Part shown: piece after piece, positions 56,791 to 64,000 of the stretch
Layout: each line of letters opens with the position of its first letter
How positions within the stretch are numbered: the stretch's first letter is position 1
From: Bdellovibrionales bacterium
Lineage (GTDB): Bacteria > Bdellovibrionota > Bdellovibrionia > Bdellovibrionales > JAGQZY01
DNA length: 64,000 nucleotides
NCBI GenBank assembly: GCA_031429075.1
Contig: JANOYW010000080.1
Coordinates: forward strand, 34,991-98,990
Reading direction: 5' to 3'
Program-made: the position numbers and the translations under genes
Notes under the pieces: generated by a model
What the model was told of the DNA's origin: nothing
The model's input: the letters and a program-made list of their open reading frames with translations, nothing else
Database searches by the model: none

Positions 56791-57819
56791 ATGGACCGTA
56801 ATTCGAAAAAAACGTATACAATTCTGCTATTTAGCGACAGCGCTGAAATGCCTAAAAAAGTGGTTGTTCCTGGAACTGTGGCAAAATGTGCAGTTGTTGC
56901 GCTTGGCGTCTTAATTGTTCTGGGCAGCTCGGTTTTGGTGGATTACGTTCAGCTTCTTTTCGAAAAAAATCAGACGCGTTGGTTGCGCACCGAAAACCAA
57001 TATCTCAAAGAACAGTTCAAAGATGTGGAAGGCAAACTTGTTGCCCTGGAAACCAGTTTAGAACGCGTTGAGAGTTTTTCTAAAAAATTAAAATTGATCA
57101 CTAATGTGGGCTCCGCCGATCGCGAGCTTGAACTCACTTTGCCGATGCGAGCTGACGCCGCTCCGGTCGGACAACTTCCAGCACAACAACCCTCCGCACA
57201 AATGGTACCGCAACAGCGCTGGCCAGCGAATATCGGACCGGTTGAAGGTTACTTCGAAAAAGATATTTATAATTCTCCAGTGCAAAACTCTGGGGACAGT
57301 GTGGCCATTCAAAGTAATTACAGCACGATTTCTGTGCGCATGGATAAAGTGTTGCGCGGAACCGAGCTTCGTGAAAAAGAAGCTCTGCAACTTTGGAAAG
57401 ATCTTTCCGACAAAAATGATATTTTACTCACCACACCAAGTATCCGCCCCACGGGTGGATGGATTTCTTCCACCTTCGGTACTCGATCATCACCATTCTC
57501 TGGCGATCTTTCACAGCACAAAGGTTTAGATATTGCCGCCGACAGCGGAACACCAATCATTGCTCCAGCTAGTGGTATTGTGAGCTACGCCAGTTTTGAT
57601 GAAGGTTACGGAAAATTAATTTCCATCGATCATGGTCACGGTATCGTCACTCGTTTTGGACACTGTTCACAAATGTATGTTAAGGTGGGCCAACAGGTCC
57701 GGCGCGGAGATATCATCGGCGCCGTGGGCACCACCGGTCGCTCCACAGGCCCTCACTTGCACTACGAAGTTCGCTTAGGCGGAGTTCCCGTGAACCCCGA
57801 AAAATTTATCCTCGAGTAA
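56791..57819 (+). CDS. M23 family metallopeptidase with TM anchor and coiled coil
   Basis: PSIRPTGGWISS.FG.R, HKGLD, GYG, H, GRSTGPHLHYEV. Confidence 0.95.
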   Translation: MDRNSKKTYTILLFSDSAEMPKKVVVPGTVAKCAVVALGVLIVLGSSVLVDYVQLLFEKNQTRWLRTENQYLKEQFKDVEGKLVALETSLERVESFSKKLKLITNVGSADRELELTLPMRADAAPVGQLPAQQPSAQMVPQQRWPANIGPVEGYFEKDIYNSPVQNSGDSVAIQSNYSTISVRMDKVLRGTELREKEALQLWKDLSDKNDILLTTPSIRPTGGWISSTFGTRSSPFSGDLSQHKGLDIAADSGTPIIAPASGIVSYASFDEGYGKLISIDHGHGIVTRFGHCSQMYVKVGQQVRRGDIIGAVGTTGRSTGPHLHYEVRLGGVPVNPEKFILE

Positions 57820-57822
57820 TTT

Positions 57823-58104
57823 GTGATTTTAATTCTGTTGAGTCTTTTTATTTCTGCCAAAGATCCCATCTCTCTTCAGCCAGAAAAAGAAGTTCCCAAA
57901 GCTTCGCAAAAAAACGAACTGAATTTAGAACAATATAAAAACATCGAACTTAAAAAAGAACCTAAACCGTTTGTTCCCTCGAGCGTTTGTACCAGCACGG
58001 CGGGGGTAGAGTACAAGGCGGGAACAGAGAGTTACGATTCCTGCCTTCGCGAGCAAAATCGCTATACGCCGCCAGGCTACAATCCGAACAAAATAAATAA
58101 ATAA
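57823..58104 (+). CDS. Small secreted hypothetical protein
   Basis: GTG 3 nt after the M23 stop; short hydrophobic N-terminus; Cys pair C-x17-C. Confidence 0.6.
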   Translation: MILILLSLFISAKDPISLQPEKEVPKASQKNELNLEQYKNIELKKEPKPFVPSSVCTSTAGVEYKAGTESYDSCLREQNRYTPPGYNPNKINK

Positions 58105-58183
58105 AGGCACCAGGTACAGTGCCCTCTTTCTTCTTTTTGTTGCCAGTGGATAGCTAGTTGATGTGTCAAGGTAGAGCAAAGTA

Positions 58184-58663
58184 TCAGTCTGACGGAATCT
58201 TTCTAGAACTTCGAATAGCATAAGGCACGATGCCGCTAACCTCGCAGTCGTTTAATAAAACATAATCCAGCACCGCAAAAAACTCCCGCCCCCAAGTCAC
58301 AACTCGAGAATAAGGAATCAATGCCCAGATTCCTTTTCCAAGATTTTGCGAAATAACTCCTGTGAGCGCACGAATAAACCCTCGATAAAGCTCGCGATTG
58401 GTGATTTTTATGCAAAAATGAAAATGATCTTTCTGAACGCTTTCTTTATAAACTTTGATTCCAAATCTTTTTGCATAAAAATGAAGAACTTTGCGAAGAA
58501 GAATTCGATGAGAATAAAGATTTACGTATTTTTTAGATTTCAAAACGAAGTGCAAAGGTTTACGGCTGTCCAAAACGCGCCCTGTTTTACGTTTTCCCTT
58601 TACAGCAAGAGATCCCCCAAATTCTTTAACCGCTGATTTAAAAAAACTTAATTGTCTGGCCAT
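58184..58663 (-). mobile_element. Y1 HUH transposase (IS200-like / RAYT-like)
   Basis: HFVLKS, DHFHF HUH motif, YSRVV, catalytic LDYVLLN; AGGAG RBS; no tnpB alongside. Confidence 0.75.
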
Positions 58664-58954
58664 CTTTTTCTCCTAGAAAAGGAATATACACCAGTTTTTA
58701 AAATTCAGTTTTCAGAAAATTAAAATTTTAATCTCCTGAGGATAATTCACGTATTAGTTCATTTAAAGCTTTAGAGAGCTTCGCCCCGAAGTGAAGTCAT
58801 ACCTATCTAAATCGCATGGTGTGGAATCTTAGAAAGCCTTGATAAGGATGAATTAAAAACTCAAAATCGTCGTCAAGCACTGATGAGGAACGTCAAAAAA
58901 TAAATGCCCACGGTTGAAAATCGAATCCCAAGAATAAATGATTTGAATCCAAGC

Positions 58955-59008
58955 TCGGCTGATCAGGAGGATCAGACGAAACGGGTTTAAAAGGGCAGCG
59001 GCCCTTTT
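58955..59008. repeat. Hairpin pair upstream of the HUH transposase (REP-like)
   Basis: TCGGCTGATC-AGGAG-GATCAGACGA and AAAAGGGC-AGCG-GCCCTTTT. Confidence 0.45.
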
Positions 59009-59077
59009 CGTTGAAGATGATGTCCTACAAACCGGCTACTTTATTTAGAAAGTTTCGGTACAGTGCGCTTTAATATA

Positions 59078-60004
59078 CTAATCGTTGAGAAATTGCAGAG
59101 CATCGCCATTTCCGCGAATGGCCCCGCTCGGGTCTCCCATTTTCCAATTGATAAAAGAGACTGTCACGGGTTCGCCAAGGCGCCACTGGAGAGTTTCTCC
59201 TGCAGGCCGAGCGAGTTCCACACGATGGTTGTAACTATCAACGGAATATTCAATCACAACTTGGCTGGTTTCGATTTGCACAACGCGGCCTACTTCGCTA
59301 TGGGTGCTCAAGCCCCAAACGCTTCCAAAGGTAGTGGCGGCTGCGATGGTGATTCCCGCAGCCATTCCTAGAACGCGTTTTGTAAATGGTGTCATGCGAT
59401 TTGGCTGAGCTGGCAAAGTGAGATTGGAAATTCGTGGGCCCGAGGTGTTTCTATCAACTGCCGGTGACGTGCTCGAGCGCAACGCCGCAATGGACGAACG
59501 AACTTGACTGGCATCTTTCGCCGAAGCTCCGCAGCCTGCGCAGCTAACGCCCAATTTAAAATCCACATTTCCACAAAACGGACAGCCCATTAAATCACTG
59601 CCCTTGGCAAGATTTTGCTCCTGCTGCGAGCGCGAAAGTTGACCTGGATCCACCAGCCAAAGCGCTCCGTCTTTTTCAAAGACTGCCGGCTCACGGTATT
59701 TTTCGCCCGTGTGCGGAGTTCCGCAGCCCACACACTGGATGCGCCCTTGCGGGGATGGCTGCATGGTGTTGGTGCGACTGCAGCTTTTGCAATCGTAAAG
59801 TCCCCAGTAAGTGTCGCCGTCTTTCAGATGAATGGGCTGACTTTGCATCACATTGACGGGTTCGGCCAAAGCCACTGGCGCCACCACTGCAGTGGTGGCA
59901 GAACGGCTAAACATTTCAACGCATTTCATTCCAGCGTTTGCCGAGCTCGCGCTCATTGAGAAAACTTGTAAAAATAAAAATGCGAAAAGTAAAAAGCGAG
60001 ACAT
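59078..60004 (-). CDS. Exported protein with four CxxC motifs (double zinc ribbon-like) and a late TM helix
   Basis: Signal peptide; CKSC, CVGC, CPFC, CAGC; hydrophobic VLGMAAGITIAAATTFGSVWGL; TAATG coupling with the upstream gene. Confidence 0.7.
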   Translation of the reverse strand: MSRFLLFAFLFLQVFSMSASSANAGMKCVEMFSRSATTAVVAPVALAEPVNVMQSQPIHLKDGDTYWGLYDCKSCSRTNTMQPSPQGRIQCVGCGTPHTGEKYREPAVFEKDGALWLVDPGQLSRSQQEQNLAKGSDLMGCPFCGNVDFKLGVSCAGCGASAKDASQVRSSIAALRSSTSPAVDRNTSGPRISNLTLPAQPNRMTPFTKRVLGMAAGITIAAATTFGSVWGLSTHSEVGRVVQIETSQVVIEYSVDSYNHRVELARPAGETLQWRLGEPVTVSFINWKMGDPSGAIRGNGDALQFLND

Positions 60005-62925
60005 TATTGATCTCCTTGTTGAGTGGAACCGTTCATTAAAAAGAAGTCTGTGGTAATCGAGCGATCAACCGCTGGCCAGCTGAGCAGGGAGCGAAAGCGC
60101 TCTCTCTTCGTAAAACTTGGCAAGAGTCGTCGACGACGTTTTCCTTCGTCTTCGATCTGTCGCACTTGCTGATCGCGCTGAATAGAATCAGCTCGATCTT
60201 TCAACAACTTCGATACAAATTGACGAAGTTTTTTGTGTTCGAGATATCCCGAGTAAACTTCGACTGCAGCTAAGAGGTGCGCGTCTTCGCTGTTGGCTCC
60301 CATTTGTAGGCTTTCAAGATACGCCGTCAGCTTTGGAAGCTCGATCATTTGGGCTGGTAAAAGTTGACTGACCACGTCCTCGAGATCGAGCTCTAAAATC
60401 AAATCATAGATTAAACTATCGCGAATATAACGGTGAATGCTGCCGTCTGTAATTGTAGTCGCGCGGTGCGCTTTGATTTTAAACAAAAACGAAGTGGGTA
60501 ACAGGAGAGCTCGGAACACTTCTTCCGACAGAATTTTTTGCGGGGAAAGAATGTCGTTGTCAGACAGTGGCACAAACACCGCGCGGCCTCCACCAGGAGT
60601 AATCGTTCTTAGAGCGGCAACCGTACCTTTATTTAAAATCGATTTAAATAAATTATTTTCCTGTTCTGAGAGGTCGTAATCATAGCGAATAAAAAATCGT
60701 TGTTGGGGGTCAACAGCACGGGTGACTTCGCCAAGGGCGCCAGAGTCCGGCGTCCAAAACATGAGGCGACGATAGCTGTTGTAGGCAAGATCGGTCCACG
60801 ATTGTGCGGGCGCGGAGGAATTCTTCGAAGGCACATCAAGCATCTGTTGGTAGAGGGCAGGCATGTCGTTAATACTGCCTCCCATAAAAATGACATTGGC
60901 TTTTTGTTTGGTTAACAAAGCAACTAGTTCATCGGCACGAACGGCGTTGTCGTTGCGAGCGGAATTAAAATTGTTCAGCACCACAATTGTTTTGTGAGCT
61001 AAAATGTCTTTGAGTTTTTGTCCTTGGACTTCTTGTAAAACCTGTTTAAGGTTGAGTGCTCCATAATAACTTAAATCCCAAACGTCGGTTCTCGAACCAA
61101 TAGTTTGAATGGCGCGTTTCCAAGCAAGGAAGCTTTCGCGTTCTAGATCTTTGTTGGTGATCAGTAAAAACTCAGAGTTTGGATTGTAGCTGTACAATTC
61201 CGAAATGCGCAGTACGTGCTGATTGCGTTGAATCAAGCGGTGAGTGTTGCTAAAGTCGTCGATCCACAAATCAGAATTAAAGCGCATGCTGGTGTAGGGA
61301 AGGGCGTTCGAATCAATTTTTAATTCTCCGCGAACGATGGCCTCTCCGCCGGCGCGTAAATTGAGAATGTCTTTGATAAAATTTTGTTGAAGTAGAACCG
61401 AGTTCCCATCGGAGCTGCGAAATGTAAAATCAGTGGCTTTGGCATCGCCGTCAGCAACGCCAAAGTGCGTGCGGATCTGCCGACGAATTTCTGATTCGCC
61501 GCCAAAGTCTCTTCCCGAAATATTTTTCACTTTCCAAAAAACAGAAATTGTTTGTCCTGCACCTGCGGTTTCAGCCATTACGAGCGGTGTGATTTCGATG
61601 GGAAAAGTAATCTGTAAATTTTTAGTCAACCCAAAATCCGTTTGTGCGCGATCGATACGCGTGATGCGATTGTCGGGAGTAATTCCCTGATTGAGGACGT
61701 AGCGACTGTTGAGACCTACCGAAAGATCATTTTTAATTTGAAACTTCAGCGTGTGCGGAAATGTATAATTTTGTCCTGGTCGGAGCTGTGGAACTATAAA
61801 GCTCGAAGCAGAGCTTCTGGTGGAAGCGGTTTCCGAAAAGAACATATGGAATTCTGCTTTTTGCGAGGGGCTTGGAAGATCTCCCACATTCTGAACTTTA
61901 ATTCCAGAAACTGTGACTTCTTCCATGGGTTCGAAAATACCGTCACCGTTTTGATCGCGCATTTGAAAGTCTGTGACTTTAACTTGAAAGGGTCTCGAAC
62001 CTTGATAGGTGTAACCATTTTGTTGAGTTTGTAAAACACAGCTTCCACTGCGTCCATTACTGCCAGCAGAGGTATCGCCCGAGGCCCGAGAGCCATCAGA
62101 GCCGTTCGCTCCGCGACTTCCACCGCTATTGCTGCGTGAGCGATAGCGCGGAGTGCACACTTCATCATAATCTACAGTGTAACTTCCGTTTCCGTTGTCA
62201 CGACTTGACGATACGGTTCGACAATCTTCACCATCGCGCTCCGTCCACGAGTGACTGCTGCCACCAGAGCCGCCGCTTCCACCCTGACCTGGGCGGCCGT
62301 GAGATCCAGCGGAGCCGCCGTTTCCACCCGTAGGGTTGCAACTGACTAAAAGTGAAAGATGAATGTCTTCGATGGGGATATAAATAGAGATATCGCCGCC
62401 ACGTCCCCCATCCGAGCCAGGAGATCCTGAGCCAGCGGGTCCGCCGTCTTCACCGCGCCCACCATCCGTACCGCTGGAATGTTCTGTGGCGTCTCGGCCG
62501 TCCGTTCCGTCGCGCCCATCACGCCCATCGGCACCGTCGCCGCCATCGCCACCGGCACCGCCAGAGGCATCAATGTGAATGCGCGAACGAGAATCAAGAA
62601 CGAGAGTTTGTTGAAGGGATTGTCTTCGGGGACCAGTTAATTGGTCGGTTAATTGGCCGACTAATACTATTGTTGCTCGCGACGACGGACCAGCAACCAT
62701 TTCCGAAAGATTGAGTACCACATTGCTGGCGTCGCCGCCGGGGGTGGAGTTACCAGCGTCGCCGCCGTGGCCCGAACCATTGCGCGCATCTTGTCCGGTG
62801 GTGCCGGTGGCATCAATTGTAAGGGTGGACTGTTGCGCCGTGCCCGAACTCCCCAAAGAGAGGCATGTCAAAAAAATAGACATGTGTGTAAAACAGCGTT
62901 GGGGTGAAATTTTAGTAAGCATCAT
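60004..62925 (-). CDS. Large secreted Gly-rich (GxxG, collagen-like) repeat protein with Ig-like and Rossmann-like C-terminal regions
   Basis: Signal peptide; GGDGGDGADGRDGRDGTDGRD repeats; DQNGDGIFEP Ca-loop-like motif; VQNVGDLPSP; DVWDLSYYG. Confidence 0.75.
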   Translation of the reverse strand: MMLTKISPQRCFTHMSIFLTCLSLGSSGTAQQSTLTIDATGTTGQDARNGSGHGGDAGNSTPGGDASNVVLNLSEMVAGPSSRATIVLVGQLTDQLTGPRRQSLQQTLVLDSRSRIHIDASGGAGGDGGDGADGRDGRDGTDGRDATEHSSGTDGGRGEDGGPAGSGSPGSDGGRGGDISIYIPIEDIHLSLLVSCNPTGGNGGSAGSHGRPGQGGSGGSGGSSHSWTERDGEDCRTVSSSRDNGNGSYTVDYDEVCTPRYRSRSNSGGSRGANGSDGSRASGDTSAGSNGRSGSCVLQTQQNGYTYQGSRPFQVKVTDFQMRDQNGDGIFEPMEEVTVSGIKVQNVGDLPSPSQKAEFHMFFSETASTRSSASSFIVPQLRPGQNYTFPHTLKFQIKNDLSVGLNSRYVLNQGITPDNRITRIDRAQTDFGLTKNLQITFPIEITPLVMAETAGAGQTISVFWKVKNISGRDFGGESEIRRQIRTHFGVADGDAKATDFTFRSSDGNSVLLQQNFIKDILNLRAGGEAIVRGELKIDSNALPYTSMRFNSDLWIDDFSNTHRLIQRNQHVLRISELYSYNPNSEFLLITNKDLERESFLAWKRAIQTIGSRTDVWDLSYYGALNLKQVLQEVQGQKLKDILAHKTIVVLNNFNSARNDNAVRADELVALLTKQKANVIFMGGSINDMPALYQQMLDVPSKNSSAPAQSWTDLAYNSYRRLMFWTPDSGALGEVTRAVDPQQRFFIRYDYDLSEQENNLFKSILNKGTVAALRTITPGGGRAVFVPLSDNDILSPQKILSEEVFRALLLPTSFLFKIKAHRATTITDGSIHRYIRDSLIYDLILELDLEDVVSQLLPAQMIELPKLTAYLESLQMGANSEDAHLLAAVEVYSGYLEHKKLRQFVSKLLKDRADSIQRDQQVRQIEDEGKRRRRLLPSFTKRERFRSLLSWPAVDRSITTDFFLMNGSTQQGDQ

Positions 62926-62976
62926 TCGGGCTCCTAAAGCTTTTAGGCTTAGATAATTCTTTTGTAGAATTAAAGA

Positions 62977-62991
62977 GCAAGCGCGATGCCA
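62977..62991 (-). promoter_or_regulatory. Sigma54 (-24/-12) promoter
   Basis: Minus strand TGGCATCGCGCTTGC, an exact GG-N10-GC spacing with TGGCA/TTGC, about 50 nt upstream of the 62925 start. Confidence 0.7.
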
Positions 62992-63024
62992 TTATTTATA
63001 AAAATCTTTTCCAGTTTTAAAAAT

Positions 63025-63056
63025 AAAAAAGCCAAACATTTCTGTTTGGCTTTTTT
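63025..63056 (-). terminator. Rho-independent terminator of rplM-rpsI (bidirectional type)
   Basis: AAAAAAGCCAAACA-TTTC-TGTTTGGCTTTTTT. Confidence 0.85.
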
Positions 63057-63082
63057 GGTATCCAAAATGTTGAGAACAAATC

Positions 63083-63478
63083 TTAACGTTTTGAGAACTG
63101 GGTTGAGCGACGAGCTCCGTGCTTTCCGTATTTTTTTCTTTCAACCATACGTGAGTCACGAGTGAGGTAACCGGCTTTCTTTAAAGTCGGACGAAGAGTT
63201 TCATCAAGGCTCACGAGGGCGCGAGAAACTGCGTGTCTCATAGCTCCTGCTTGGCCAGATTCACCACCACCGCGAACAGTGATGCGCAAATCAACTTTAT
63301 CGTTTTTGCTCACTAAGATGAGAGGTTGCATTAAAGCGGCGCGCGATGCGGACATGCAAAGATACTGTTCCGGCTTTTTCCCGTTGATCGTGATGAGACC
63401 AGTTCCGTTTTTAAGGAACACACGAGCTGCGCTTGTTTTTCTTCTTCCAGTTGCGTAAATAACTTTTTCAGCGGCCAT
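63083..63478 (-). CDS. rpsI: 30S ribosomal protein S9
   Basis: ATGRRKTSAARV, GGGESGQAGA, LTRDSRMVERKKYG..ARRSTQFSKR. Confidence 0.98.
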   Translation of the reverse strand: MAAEKVIYATGRRKTSAARVFLKNGTGLITINGKKPEQYLCMSASRAALMQPLILVSKNDKVDLRITVRGGGESGQAGAMRHAVSRALVSLDETLRPTLKKAGYLTRDSRMVERKKYGKHGARRSTQFSKR

Positions 63479-63499
63479 TCTTCTTCCTCTTCGATTAAA

Positions 63500-63928
63500 T
63501 TAAACGTTTAAAGCTTCAGGTTTTTGTGAGGCGTGAGGATGTTCTCCGCCTTCGTAGACTTTTAATTTTGTTAAAAGAACTTTTCCAAGACGATTTTTTG
63601 GGAGCATGCCTTTAACAGCATCTATCAACATAAACGTTGGATCTTTTTCTTTCATATCTTTTGCTTTGAATTCTTGAAGTGAACCAAAGTAACGAGAGTG
63701 TCTGTAATAGATTTTATCGTTCCACTTGTTACCAGTCATGGTTACATGTTTTGCATTGATCACAACAACAAAGTCACCAGTGTCGGCGTGAGGTGTAAAG
63801 ATCGGTTTATTTTTTCCGCGAAGTACAGAAGCGATTTGAGTTGCGATACGACCCAAGCTTTTTCCATTGGCATCAACTAGGTGCCATTTTCTTTCCACGT
63901 CTTCAGTTTTTGCCATCCAAGTACTCAT
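63500..63928 (-). CDS. rplM: 50S ribosomal protein L13
   Basis: RKWHLVDA..LGR.A..LRGKNKP.FTPH.DTGD, GMLPKN.LG, KLKVY.G..HPH..QKP; start ATG 63928 with GAGGAG RBS. Confidence 0.98.
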   Translation of the reverse strand: MSTWMAKTEDVERKWHLVDANGKSLGRIATQIASVLRGKNKPIFTPHADTGDFVVVINAKHVTMTGNKWNDKIYYRHSRYFGSLQEFKAKDMKEKDPTFMLIDAVKGMLPKNRLGKVLLTKLKVYEGGEHPHASQKPEALNV

Positions 63929-64000
63929 TGAGATCTCCTCGAAGTTTTGCGAGTTTTGCGAAGGAAAAGTGTTATAATTTTCGGCACTTATTGTCAAGAA

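Noticed and set aside
58880-58985. Hammerhead ribozyme (CTGATGAG ... GAAAC)
   Set aside because: Could not build stems I-III around the core; the candidate GAAAC is about 90 nt away without a matching stem II.
1-64000. CRISPR array, rRNA or cas/defence operon
   Set aside because: No regularly spaced direct repeats with unique spacers, rRNA-like tracts or recognisable cas/RM genes were found by eye.

Overview
Bacterial chromosome segment, most likely Bdellovibrionota. This is inferred from the YQNC-type lipoprotein signal, the style of the secreted proteins and the delta-type core genes. About 1.8-36.5 kb is an unusual locus with 16 radical SAM genes in three paralogous subfamilies: 8 with an N-terminal twitch domain, 5 of a 'CGxxGDP/FSIDGLxDTN' type and 3 of a 'WxLGRxCNxxCSYC' type. 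They are interleaved with a 2OG-Fe(II)-type oxygenase, an SDR, a repeat-fused methyltransferase, a NeuB/NeuA nonulosonate cassette, three paralogous GT-C-like membrane proteins and an SxtJ/carbamoyltransferase/DUF5989/SGNH module. No RiPP precursor, NRPS/PKS or phage structural gene is visible, so the locus may be an undescribed radical-chemistry pathway that decorates a cell-surface polymer. The right half has tadA and rpsU-yqeY-dnaG-rpoD-tRNA(CAT). A structured repeat element duplicating the tRNA 3' end follows the tRNA. Further right are accessory secreted/hydrolase genes, aceE-type PDH E1, a TonB-family gene, a PP2C phosphatase, an M23 peptidase, an HUH (RAYT/IS200-like) transposase, a sigma54-preceded Gly-rich/Zn-ribbon gene pair and rplM-rpsI. 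All family calls come from motif recognition by eye; no searches were run.
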